A stretch of DNA of 64,000 bases from Podarcis gaigeae (lineage: Eukaryota): NCBI GenBank assembly GCA_964106915.2, contig OZ066918.1. One strand, 5' to 3'. A program made the position numbers and the translations under genes. Each line of letters begins with the position of its first letter. Positions within the stretch are counted from its first letter, which is position 1. The notes under the pieces were generated by a model that saw only the letters and a program-made list of their open reading frames with translations, made no database searches and had not been told where the DNA came from. Below are positions 50,894-63,180 of this stretch, piece after piece.

Positions 50894-51815
50894 ACATGCA
50901 TGACCTAAGCTATTGGCTGATCATTGCAGTCCTACCATATGTGTGTGTTTGTGTGAATTTGTGATGCATACATCCAACATCCTGCAGCTCTGCCCTATCT
51001 AACCAGCTTCAGCATACCAGTTTACCAGGAAGCTGGGCTACCTGTATGTAGTAATAGCTTTTGTGTCTTGTGAAAGCCTGATTCGCTAAGGCTGTTTTAA
51101 AACTTAGCAGGCGGCAATCCCAGGCCAGGCACCAGTAACCAACCAGGTTGTGGACTGGCTGAAGGGCCTCTCACCAGCCATACAGCAGTTTCCCTGCAAC
51201 ACCCTCCTCAGATGGTTTTCAGAGGTGGCAAATGTAAGCTGAGCCCCCATCCACAGTGGCCACCAGTCATTTCAAGTAACCCAAAATGTCATGCCCCGGC
51301 CCATCAATCTATGAAATGGTAACTTACCCAACTTAACTGCCCTGGGTTTTGAAATCAGTTTTCAGTGCTGTGCGTGAAGTTTTTATTAGGCCGAAAACAG
51401 TCAAAAGAACCCAGTGTGCATGTTGAAATAATAACCATACATCTCTCTTGATTATGATCTGCCTTCAGGCTTCATGTTTCTGCAAATATGTGAATAGTTC
51501 CCATTTAAAATAATCCTGTAAAAGTACTCCAAGTGGTAAGATTTTTAACTTGACACATCCTGAGAAATATGCACTTTCAAATATTTTCCAAGAAATGTTT
51601 TTCAGTGTGAACAATGAGGGAGAAAGCTATCTTGTAATGACTCGTAACTGTTTGTGTGAGCATGCTGTTAATTGGTTACAGTTCAGTTTAGCATTACATT
51701 TGACTCTGTTTTGTTATGATGGCTGTAACTGAGTACAAGATGAAATATTATTATTCCTCTCGTACATGCTGCTCTAGCACAACTGCAAGCTCCTATCAAA
51801 GTGTTGCCCAACCAG

Positions 51816-51820
51816 GGAGA

Positions 51821-51856
<36 letters not shown>
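51816..51856. repeat. (GA)n microsatellite
   Basis: Visible directly. Confidence 0.95.
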
Positions 51857-51859
<3 letters not shown>

Positions 51860-53290
51860 AGTTATTAACTATCAGTTTTTCTCCGTCTGCTTTACTCATC
51901 TGTCTGGTATTTTCCTGTAATTGTATAAGCTCTGGAGGCCAATGTTAGAATTTTCGCAAAAGGGCTAATGATGATATTTGGACTGCAAAAGGCATCTTTT
52001 ACTTTGAGTTTCTTTGCGGAAAAAATTATGGAAGCAGTCACAATGAGTAACGGACACTTTAACTAATAGGAAATAGAAAAACCCAACACATAGGAAAATT
52101 TAAAAGCAGCTGCAAAGACGTAAATCTTGGAGAAGATTGTGATGCATTGGCTGCCTTGCATCCATCTCTCACATGACGCCCTCTAATGCAGCATTTAGAT
52201 AATAACTTTCCCGATGCCTCCTCTTTACAGCTGAGAAAGAGAGAAGCGGGTGGGGTGGGGGGTGTTAACAATAATAATAGAAGAGCTCAGACAACGTCGC
52301 TGCTTTATGACTGCCTTCTACTAAGAGGCATGCCGCAAGAGAATGACAGTCATTTTGAAAAGGGTTGTCAGTCAGCTGTATCACAGATGGAGCACTCTAA
52401 TGACCTTCAAGGTCACAGTTCATTCGTCTACATAATGGAATGAATAGGGAGAATTGAGTGCACAAGCTTTATTAATGAAGGAGCATAAAGAGATGGAGCC
52501 TCATTGGCTATAACTCAGGAAAGCTATATCTGGAAGAGGGCAAAAATGCTCTTGCTGCATGTTGACAACTTTATTCTAATCTCTAAATAAAAGAAGCCTG
52601 AATGAGCCGCAACGCCAATTGTTTCAGAACGCGTCAGTGAAGCTTTGCTTCCCGCCCACCCACAGACTTCATTTTATATATTTTAATAAGGGGGGGTATT
52701 CATTTTGTAAGCACTGGTTTTAGTAGTGCCAAGAGATCAGGTCTAAAATAAGAGAGATCCATTTGTTATCTCTGTTTTTATGATGTTGTTTTACAGTGTT
52801 CATGTTGGTTTATACTTTGTGCATGCACCATTTTTAAATCCTAAGTAGCTTAGAAATACTTTTTAATAAATAATAAATAAAAGTCAAGTCAAGCATGCTT
52901 GGGAGTACGTGTTTTAAATATGGAAAACAATCTTAGATCTTTCTAAATGCTATTGTCAACACAGCGGTGATCCTCTTAACTAAAAAATGGCCTCAGCATA
53001 AACGCTGCCTGGTCAGCATATCAATGGAACCTATTTTATGCTGCCTAGTAACAAAATAAAACAAAGAATCACCTATGACTTATTAAGGCATGTGTAATTA
53101 TACTTTAATGTTTACAATACTGCCAGGGTAAATGTCTGTGTTGAAATGTGATAGTGGCTATTAAAGTGTTTGGTGCTCAACATGATGGACAAGTTTGTTT
53201 CCGAGAGATGCCACTATGTCTTGGTTGAGAATTTCATGCCTTTCATGCTACAGTGCTTTCTTACACTTCTCCATTAAAATGTTTTATTAG

Positions 53291-55432
53291 GCATCATCGG
53301 AACAAGAGAAAGTTCAAGAATGTCCAGACCAGAAAAGCTCATCTGAGCTAACTGTCGCAGAGGAGATGAAGCTGCCTGTAGAAGAGTCCCAGGTTTCTCC
53401 ACTAGATGTAACTGGGATGCCATCATTGGAGAAGACAGACTTTGAAGAGGTCAGCTCAAACAGTGAGGAAGTCAAGGAGGAGATGTCATGCAAAGATTCT
53501 GTCTCAAGTGCTTTGGTGTCCCCAGAAGAAGATGAGGTCTTGAATTCCACAGTTGGGAAAATCCCCAGTCTGTCAGAGGACCCAGATGAGCCAAAGCAGG
53601 AACAAAGAGTTCACTGTCTCACAGACGACCTAGAAAGTAGTGCCCAAGAAATTCCATTTAATAACTTTCCCACTATCCAGCTCCCACTTCCAAGTCAAAG
53701 TGAGATGGAAGACGATAAACTCCCAGAGATGGCGGACTACATTGCCAACTGCACGGTTAAAGTGGATCAGTTAGGAAATGAGGACATACATAATGCACTG
53801 AAACAGAGCCCCAAAGTCCTTGTAGTACAAAATTTCGATATGTTCAAAGAGAAAGAAGTGCCGAGTTCCCTTAATGGTGAGCCTGGTTTCAGCTGCACAC
53901 CACTGCTCTACTCCAAAGGCAACCCGGGCATCATGTCACCTCTGGCAAAGAAGAAGCTCTTGTCACAAGTCAGTGGGGCAACCCTCTCCTGCAGCTACCC
54001 TTACGGCTCACCACCACCTTTGATCAGCAAGAAGAAATTAAGCAGCAAAGAGGACCTGTTGTCAAGCATGCCACAGGCTTCCCATGCCTCTGGGATGGAT
54101 GCTGCGGCACTCAGCAGGCCATCTGTGATCCAACACGTACAGAGTTTCAAACCCAAGAATTCGGACGAGAGGAAGTCTGCTAGTGAAGCCTACAGGCACG
54201 AACTGCTACTCAAGAAAACTGATTCTGAATGTTGCGATTTCACCAAACAACACCTGAGTGCTCTGGCCGAATCCTATGCACTAAAGTCGGAAATCCAGGA
54301 CATGAAAGATAGAATGAATGAAAAAAGGGCGCTGCACCACTCCCACATGCCTGCTTTCTTGGCAGACTTTTACTCATCTCCTCACCTGCACAGCCTTTAC
54401 AGGCACACCGAACACCACCTTAATAATGAACAGACGTCAAAGTACCTCCACCGAGACATGTATAGAGATACGGAAGCCCTTTCCATGTTCCCTCAACACA
54501 AGCACCAAGACAAGCGAAGCTTAAGCTACCACCCGCCTCTCCATCAGCCGGAGAAAAAGAGCCCCATGGAAGCCTCTTCTGATGATCAGCCGACAGATCT
54601 GAGTCTTCCTAAAAGTACTCCCAAACAGACTGCAAAAGCTCTGGGGTCTTCTTCCCTCTTGCATGCTTCGGTGGAGAGCAAAAGCATATCCCAGTTCCAA
54701 GCCTTGAGTGGCCAGCCTCTGAGCATAGACTGCAACCCCAAAGCTTGTCGTGTTTCTCCAATGACGGTGTCGGCCCCCAAGAAGCACGGCGAGCCTCTTC
54801 TCAGGACCAACAAACAGCAGACCCCAAGGAAGATGGAGGGCATGGTCCACCCCATCCTAAGCCACAAAACCAATGCTCAAACCATTGGGGCAGCTCGGCC
54901 TCTGAAGCGCAGCCTGGAGGATTTGGACAAAGCCATTTCGGAAAAGAAGATCCGAGCCGTCTCGCCCCTGCGCTTACCAAAGGAAGCCCCTGCAAAAGAC
55001 AAGGGTCTTGAGCAAGAGGCCGAGGGCAGCAAATCAGCACACGTCCTCCCTCCCGGCGGCATGCTGGAGGGCCACAAGTTTCCCCTCTCCAGCCCCATCT
55101 TCACAGGCTTGTACCCAGGGACATTGTGCAGCAGCCTGAGCAACCGCATCCCAGCTGGGTATTCTCATCCTCTACAATACTTGAAAAATCAGGCAGTGCT
55201 TTCTCCGCTAATGCAGCCTTTGGCTCTCCACTCGTTCATGGTGCAAAGACAGTTCCTTACATCCCCTGGAAACTCACAGCAGCTTTACAGGCACTTAGCT
55301 GCAGCCACACCTGTAGGAAGTTCATATGGCGACCTTTTGCACAACAACATTTATCCTTTGGCTGCTATCAATCCTCAGGCTGCTTTCCCGCCTTCTCAGT
55401 TGTCTTCTGTACATCCGAGCACAAAACTGTAA
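53291..55432 (+). CDS. ARID5B: ARID5B last coding exon (exon 10 equivalent): ASSEQEKVQE...SQLSSVHPSTKL*
   Basis: Acceptor gttttattag at 53290; 25 open codons lead in frame into the 688-aa ORF. Diagnostic ARID5B segments include MADYIANCTVKVDQLG, GNPGIMSPLAKKKLLSQVSG, FLADFYSSPHLHSLYRHTEHHL and C-terminal HPSTKL. Confidence 0.98.
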   Translation, partial: ASSEQEKVQECPDQKSSSELTVAEEMKLPVEESQVSPLDVTGMPSLEKTDFEEVSSNSEEVKEEMSCKDSVSSALVSPEEDEVLNSTVGKIPSLSEDPDEPKQEQRVHCLTDDLESSAQEIPFNNFPTIQLPLPSQSEMEDDKLPEMADYIANCTVKVDQLGNEDIHNALKQSPKVLVVQNFDMFKEKEVPSSLNGEPGFSCTPLLYSKGNPGIMSPLAKKKLLSQVSGATLSCSYPYGSPPPLISKKKLSSKEDLLSSMPQASHASGMDAAALSRPSVIQHVQSFKPKNSDERKSASEAYRHELLLKKTDSECCDFTKQHLSALAESYALKSEIQDMKDRMNEKRALHHSHMPAFLADFYSSPHLHSLYRHTEHHLNNEQTSKYLHRDMYRDTEALSMFPQHKHQDKRSLSYHPPLHQPEKKSPMEASSDDQPTDLSLPKSTPKQTAKALGSSSLLHASVESKSISQFQALSGQPLSIDCNPKACRVSPMTVSAPKKHGEPLLRTNKQQTPRKMEGMVHPILSHKTNAQTIGAARPLKRSLEDLDKAISEKKIRAVSPLRLPKEAPAKDKGLEQEAEGSKSAHVLPPGGMLEGHKFPLSSPIFTGLYPGTLCSSLSNRIPAGYSHPLQYLKNQAVLSPLMQPLALHSFMVQRQFLTSPGNSQQLYRHLAAATPVGSSYGDLLHNNIYPLAAINPQAAFPPSQLSSVHPSTKL

Positions 55433-58400
55433 ATCCTCCCTTGGAAAACAACAACAAACAACTACATTCCTTTTAGCCTGTGATGTCTTGCAAAATTTAA
55501 ACAAAAAGCCGATTATTTGTGTTAACCAATAAGCAGTTTTGTCCCTCATTGCTGAAGGCTTCAGAGTTGATCGAGGGTCAAGCAAGACAGTCGATTCACC
55601 TGGGCTTTGTTTTTTACTTTGGGCTCCTGCATCTACTCCTCCATGGTCATTTCACATTGCAAAGAAGGTTCGCAAAAGTATCTGTATCATGCGGAAAACA
55701 AGTGTCAGAGAAGAGCAAGGGGAACATTAGGCTCCACCCCCTTATCTTGGAGGAGAAAAAAGGTGTTTGTTTGTTTGTTTGTGGTCCCCCCCCCCTTAAA
55801 AAAGAGTGGGTTTTGGAGCATTTCAAGTAGAAAAAGAGGCAGGTCTGATGAGAGAGAAAGTGGAACAAGCAAATGATCTACGGATATTGCTTCTTTGGGT
55901 ACCATTTTGTTTTCTGACTTTTCAGATTTCAAATCAATGCAATGTATAGCAGAAACTTCATAGCATTTCATCTTAACACTATCAAAACAGGAAAAGTAAA
56001 CACTGTCCAATTAGACTTTACATATCTGCTTCAGAAACAAAACAAAAGAATATCCAGCGTCAAGTTTATTTGTATAATTTATGCAAGTTATTTTCAACTT
56101 ATCCTGTGCTCTGTTTAATTTAAAAGAACAGTCTCTTTTCATTTGCAACCTCTTTTTGGTAAAAGAAAAAAAGGCGCTGATCATTGAGGGCTTCTTTTTT
56201 TCATGTGTTTATATTTCCCCCCTTCCTTTCCCCCTTTCTGCTTATGTTTTTAAAGCAGCTTTTTGGGTGGTAATGTCATTGTTTACAAAACAAAAGCATC
56301 CATTTTCAATGAACCTTTCCAATGGAGAGAGAAGCATACTGTAGATCACACAATTGCAGCTGAGTCCAAACATCAGTTCCTTCTCAAGCGACTAGATCCT
56401 TCAAAGGTGCTGAGCGTACCCTCACCCATCAAAATGGTTCTCTAATTGTTCATACTTTGCTGTTTTACTGGCCACTGGGATCTGGTTTTCCTGTATCATG
56501 GTCTGTGAATTTGTTAAGAATTGTACTTAACCTTATCTAGGCTGTGAAACTGTCCTGCATACCAGAAAGGAAACATGCTTAGGAGACTGTGCTGGCAACA
56601 AGTTACTCAATAACATTGGTGTTCTAAAGAACCTTCATTGTGGGCTGTGAAACTATTTCAAGAATTTCAGCCGTTAGGAGAGAAAGAAGGTGAAGCATTT
56701 TAGTTAAAGATGGTCTGGATTCTGTGCTGCTGAAGTGAGATGGGTGAGAACGTATAAACGTTCTGAGAAAGATAATAGCAAGGAGCCGTTCCAAATCTGG
56801 AAGTCAGTCTTTTGAGGGTCACCTTTGGGCTATGAATTGGTTGAACTCTTGCTTGGTGGAGTCCTCCTCCAAAGTGCTGAACATCCCACCTTCTTCCAGC
56901 AAAGTATTCTGACCATGTGACTTGGACTCAAAACAAAAATGGCAGCTTAATCTACAAACCACTTAAGCCCGGTTTTACTTGACTTTGACTCTCTGGTCCT
57001 ATTGAACAAAAGTTCCATGCCAGTGGCATTTCTGAAGCCTGAGCCAGAATACCCTGTTGACTCTCCTGAGAGTCTTCCTGCTGAAAGCTAAAAATTGCCT
57101 TGAGATATTTTGCTGGAATGAGCTAGGGTGCTCAGATCATTGCAGGGTCAGGACCGCAGCACAAAGGGCAGCAGCTGAAGTATAAAAGGGGATATATTTT
57201 GATGTGAAGAAAGGCTCGAAGAGCTGGCAGGCATGGCTCCACCCACTGACTTGCTACTGTGCAAGCTTGGAGGCTTTAGAGGAGCACTCAAGGGCCCTTT
57301 TAGTGCATGCACACACCCCTTACACACCCATGGGAACAGCAAGAGTAAGAGTCCTACCCTTAAAGACTGCAGCTGGCTGCTCACTCTCATTTGCTTTGGC
57401 CTTGGCTTGTGCATGAGCACCTGAGGTGCAAAAGGGAAGGTTTCATTCAGCCTGTATTGCTGTTCCTCTTGGGAGGGAAAGGTGTTCGAAGAGCCCTTTG
57501 TCAGCGGCTTTGAGTGAGCAGCTGAGGGCTTTCTAGGAGGCCTTTGCTGAAACTTCCATTGCTGTTCACGCAGGGACAGAACCTTGGTGTAGAAAGCAAG
57601 CGCCCAATGTGTGTAATCAGAACACTTGAAAGCTGGTGCTAAGTAGGAAGCCCCAAGGACCGTGTCCTCTGCCCCCATCTCATATTCCCCTCTGACACCG
57701 TGTACCAGCACAAGTGATGTTTCCCACCAGAGAGGGAGGAAATGTCAGGTGCTGCCGTGAAGCTGGCTTTGTTCAAATCAAAGAAACAATGCCAGCTTCC
57801 ACTAGTTTTGGCTTCAGTGTCTCTCATGGATTTGCTGAGTTTCCACCTCCCATTCAGGAAGCATCAGAGGCAGCCCAATATGTTGAGGCTGCCCCATACC
57901 TCTCTGCCATCATCGCTGGCCACACAGCGTGGCCATGGCAGCCCACTGAGCACTTGGCTCAACAGCGATCAGCTTGAGTTGGTGGTGGGGCAGGTTCTCC
58001 CCATGAGGCTAAAATGCAGCCCCACACCCCAGTCACAAGGTACAATTTGAAGAGTGACAAGTCCGTAAGTGAAGCTGGTGGGTTTGGGTTTTTTCCATGG
58101 GGAAAATCAACCTACAACGATGTGGATTTATTTGGAGGAACCTTTCTGTGCTGGGTCTGGAAGTATGGACAGCCACCCAGAGAGGCTGAACTTTTTGAGG
58201 CATTTTACAATGTGAAAATCGGTTGTGAGCTGAACCCATCCCAGATTGCAATCCAAATACAGTAATAATCAAAACTACTGGAAACTAGTGGAAACTACTT
58301 AAGCAACATCGTGCATGCATGCCAAACATCCTATATTGAAATTTCCTGTGATATGAAGCCAACTGCAATATATAATGTAACCTATTTAATATACAATGGT

Positions 58401-60752
58401 GGAAAAAAACAACAAAATAATAGACATCTACTGTTAAAGATCGATGTTATCTTCAATTTAACGCTTTTATGTTCTTGTGGTAAAATTATATGAACTGATG
58501 ATGCATAAGCAGGCTAGTAGACTTTAGAAGATAAATGTGCCAACGCCGACTTTTGCTTTTCTTTTTCCTGCTGTGCTCGGAGCATTCAAAAAAACAACAA
58601 TCACATTCTAAGTTGATCAGATGCCATAGAGGGCATTATTAGTATACAAAAAAATTGCACTAAACCTGACTAATATAATAATCAAGGTGGGGAGGGGGAA
58701 GGGAAGTTGGCAGGGTTGTATAAGCCTGCAATGACTGTTAGAATTATGTGCCTGGTTTGGTAATCCAGGATGTAATGCATCTCTGATTTGTTTGGGATAA
58801 TCTGCATGTAGGGTTGCCTGATCCCCCTTACAGTAAGGGATGTCCCTTGTTTTAAAAGGATTGTCCCTCGTTTTGGAACAGCACACCCTTAGCAAGTCAT
58901 TTACTGCATGCAGAGGTAGCTCCACATTGCTTACAGTGGTACGCCCCTATCCTACCCCTTTCCCTCCAGTAGAGAGGGTCGCACTGTGCACAAATCCTCT
59001 GGCACATACTTAGCTCCCCACCCTCTTGAAAGGAATGGGGCTGCCCTCCTGCACAGGAGCTATGCGTGCATATGAGGGTACTTGACTGTCCATTTATTCC
59101 AAATCCCACAACCCTAGGATGACTCATTTTTGAAAGTTTGATTTGATAACCATACTGTTAAATCTTAACCTCGTGTGCTTATTTTGTAAGTCTCCAATTT
59201 CAGTTTCATGCATCGTTTTGAAAGTTGTTCGGACAGATCACAGTGCAGGGTTAATTGACCCCCCCCCCCATTTTTGTGTGTGTGTTCCTCTTGCTTTTTT
59301 CAATAGGAAGATTGGCTCATTTTTAGAAAGCTCATGATGCATTGGCCAAGATGAGGGTAAATGAAGAGCAATGAGGACATAGCTCATACCATTGGTGGGG
59401 TGGGTTGCCTAAGAATGCTTTTAAAAAATCCATGATTTCTATTAAGTATTGCATTTTCCACTGGCAGAAGACTACTTTCTGTGACTTAAATGGGGCTTTG
59501 TTTGCTTTGTTTGAGTTCAAGGGGCCTTACTGAATGAAATTGCACAAGTTTTTTTTTTTTTTGTTATTGGTAGATTGGTAAAGAAAACAGTTTAATTGGC
59601 AACAGAGTGATAAATCTATTTACCATGAGTTGGTCCCAAGAAATGTTGCAATTCCAACTCACTCTGTTCAGGATTCATTAAAGATTCTGAAGGTTGATGA
59701 GATTAAAGGCAAAGAAAACCTTTCCCTCCCCTTGATAGAATTGTCTTTTTAGAAGCCATTGACATGGGGAGGGGTTTGTGTTGGGTGAGGCCTTTTGCAA
59801 CCAGATACTCACTTTAGTAATCAGAAGTTTCCCAATTCCATCTGAAGCCCAACATAAAGCTAAGAAGTGTTCCTGGCTTATTGAACTGCTCCATGAATCC
59901 TTAAGCACGCAGGCTGCAAGCCAATGAAACCTGTGACTTGAGCCCTGTTTAATATAGTACCTGGAGTAATGGGGTTGTTACTGTTTCCATGGTTATTCCA
60001 CTCCAGGTAACTTTTGCATCAAGAAAAGCTGAGAGTAATTTTGGCCACCATTTAACACATTAGCTGGAATGGTGTGATAGTGTAGTTGTTCCTCCGCCAC
60101 TCAGGGAAATGTCTCTCGGGTGATGCCTAATTGTGTAAGCAGCCCTAACTGGGGGTGGCACAGGAGCAACCAGAGAGGCAGCAGCCGTGCAAGAGTTAAA
60201 CAGAGCCAAAGTCACTTCTGTCTCACTGTTTTCTTGACTAGTCCCCATATGTTCAAACTCTGTCCTATCTGTTGTGTGGCTCACAGAAGCCAGTAGATGG
60301 CCACAGAAATAGGTTGTGTGGTGTGTGCCTTTAAAGGGAGAGGTTGGCTTCTACTCACTCGTTATTCCATGTGATCCGATTGTACAGCAATGAGCATAGT
60401 CAAGCCTGGCCCCATTTCACAATTCATAATGCTTATAGTGGGAAAATATTTCACTGATAATGAGGTCTGCAGTATTGAAACTATCATTATTGAGCACTTA
60501 ACCGGTGTTAGCTGTAAATGTATTTGATATTTTACATGTATTCCTCCCCTCCCATAGTTTTAAATATGGTCTAACAAAGGCAGCATAATCTACTAGCTGT
60601 TTATACTTTGTTTTGAGCGTTCTTTTGTTGTAAATAGTGTATACATTCTTGTGATTCAAGTTATTGTAGCTTATATGCTCTGTAAGGTGATTATTTGTAT
60701 ATAGAAAAAAAATGGCCCAGTAATATTATATAGTTTTCCCATTTTTTAAAAG

Positions 60753-60758
60753 AATAAA
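60753..60758 (+). terminator. Possible proximal polyadenylation signal AATAAA
   Basis: Exact hexamer, but the downstream sequence is A-rich rather than GU-rich. Confidence 0.35.
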
Positions 60759-60969
60759 AGGGTTACTGAGTAACCTTTCAAATTAAATAAGTTTAAACAC
60801 TACCAGAAAGAAAGAAAGAAAAAAAGCTGAGCCAACTATAAACACTCAATTTTTGTATGTTTTCCAAATTGTATGTATTAATGCTTTTGATACTGTATTA
60901 TGTGCCAATAGTTTCCCAATCACATAGCAAGCAAAGATATTTTGTACTTTTTGATCCACTGTAATATTT

Positions 60970-60975
60970 AATAAA
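60970..60975 (+). terminator. Distal polyadenylation signal AATAAA
   Basis: Several upstream TGTA (CFIm-type) motifs and a downstream T/GT-rich tract (tgtttccttttatgttt). Confidence 0.8.
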
Positions 60976-63122
60976 AAATGTTACTATCTGTTTCCTTTTA
61001 TGTTTAATACATTTGTAAACAGTTTTTTTTATCACCCAAGGGATTTCTGTATTCAACCCTTTTAACCTCTCAGCAGCAGCAATATGGGGACAGCTCGGTC
61101 CCCATGCTGAGAGTCAGATGAAAGAAAGGCAAGGTCGCAGTTTATCGGGAGAGAGAAGTTTGTTTACATATAGTCATCTTCATAGATGGAGGAATGGGGC
61201 TGGAGAGATCTGTGTGCATTGAAAACGAAAGATAAAACCTCTAGCCCAAAGATAGCTTCAATTTTATGAGTAGAAAAGTGAAATTCTGCAACCTATAAAC
61301 ATTCTGCAACACAATTCACACATATTTGCATAATCCATAGATTCCATAGAATTACTTCGCATAACTTATTCTGGTGTTGACAGTTGTGGGGAGATACTGT
61401 ACTTGGTATTCTTTGATGGAAGTCAACGGATAAGAAGCTGACCTCCATTGATAACTTCAGGTTGAAGAAGAGATTTTCATGCTTTCAGAGGCATTAGAAT
61501 GACCCTCCTTTAATAATGGAAAGGGGGATCTAATTTGTTTTAAAGCTTAGCTGGCTAAGTTTACAAAGAGCTACATGTAAGCTGTAATGCGGGTCGTACC
61601 CTTTACTGGGTACAAGGGGATCCTCAGAGCATTCCCAAAGGCAAATGGCAGGATTCCCTGTCTGCTACGCAGCACCATGTGAGTGTGGATCTAGTCTTTT
61701 AAGAAACAAGCGAGGCTTTGTTCTTACGCAATGCCTTCCATCAAAGGCTCTGAAATAACATGGTAAATATTACACAAGTATGTACAGGCAGTCAAACTGA
61801 CGCTTGAGTAACCTGGATTTACCTAGGTCCAGTAAGGCTAAGATAAAAGAGAACATTATCTCACATCATGAGTCAATCAGTGCGCTACACACACAAAATA
61901 TTGACCAGCCTGACAGCACGCTGTCGGATAACAACCCCAAATCAAATCTTCATTGTCTCAATTGCAGGGCTTAACAAAAATAATTACTAAGCACATTATT
62001 GTTAAAAACAAAGCAAAAAAACACCCTGCCATTACAGTATCAATAACTTATTCTCAAGAGAAAAACGCAGTGGAATCTCACCTCGATTAGGCCACAACAT
62101 GGGTTTCCAGGTATTTGCTACTCCAACAGCAAGCCATGCCCAAAACAATGTCAGAATATGCATCCTAAAAAACATCATTTCAAGGCAATCAGCAAAATTT
62201 AAGTAGTTACAGAATTACTGTTTTCCTAGGCCTTTCATGTTAATAAACTCAGTACAGTACTGCAGTAAGATTAAACCATCTAATGATTTTGGACCATGCA
62301 GTCTGATCACATCAATGGGCCCCCAAATTATTTGTCATATTTTTTTTTATTCACTACATTTGATGCCCTACCTTTCTGCCAAGAAGCATATGGATCTACT
62401 TCCCTTTCCTCCTGCAGCAATCTTTTCTCTTTTTTATCATCTTCCAAACAATGCTATGCTGCAGATTAGGCTGAAAGACTCACTGGTTGCTGGATCGTGG
62501 CTATTCTGGTGCATAAAAAGTGGAAACGTTTGGCCACAAGATGGCATCATGCACATTTTTTGCCCTGTGACCAACAAAAACACCAGCCAACCAGACAGCT
62601 TTTGGAGAAAGACTTTTACTACTTCTTTTCTGAAACCTGTAATCCTTTTCAGAATGTTTGATTCCCCAGACACGTTTTAAAATGTAAAGAACACCTCAAT
62701 CTGGCGAGGGAAATCCATGTGCACAAGCAGCACATCTGGATGCCACTGCACAGCTGTGGGCACATTCCCCAGCCCATCTCACAATGCTCATTCAGGCCTC
62801 ATTGATATGACTGGATGCACATCCCTGTACCCAGAGCCACCCGTTGGTGTACACGATTTGTTTCGCTCACATCTGGAGCTGGCCCACAGCCAGCCCTTTC
62901 AGAGATTTCTGAATGGGCAAGAGCTGGCCTGTTTAACCATTAAAGACAGAAGAGACAGCATGCATGTGCTTAAAAAGCAACCACTGCATTATTGCACACC
63001 CTACGTTTTAAAACATTCATTTGTCCACAAAGCATTGTTTTAAAAGCTTTTTAACAAGGGGAGGAGGGGCTGGTATTTAAAATATCGAATCACTCTGTGA
63101 ATAGAAGCAGGCAGTGTTGTTT

Positions 63123-63180
63123 GGGAATTGTAGCTCTGTGAGGAGTAAACTACTGTTTACTGCTCACAGCTACAATTCCC
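63123..63180. mobile_element. Hairpin fragment of the same MITE family as 39619-40267
   Basis: gggaattgtagct(ct)gtgag..gtaaac-tact-gtttac..ctcacagctacaattccc inverted repeat. Confidence 0.7.

Larger units (their letters stand above)
55433..60995 (+). other. ARID5B: ARID5B 3' UTR (~5.5 kb; end approximate)
   Basis: I saw no AATAAA between the stop codon and 60753. An AU-rich terminal block with repeated TGTA motifs leads to AATAAA at 60970. Confidence 0.75.

Noticed and set aside
53366-55432. 688-aa ORF as a stand-alone gene
   Set aside because: It is the last exon of ARID5B; the frame opens at the acceptor at 53291.
57148-57711. 187-aa antisense ORF in the 3' UTR
   Set aside because: No recognisable domain, non-ATG start in the track and no supporting splice structure; consistent with chance in a GC-richer stretch.
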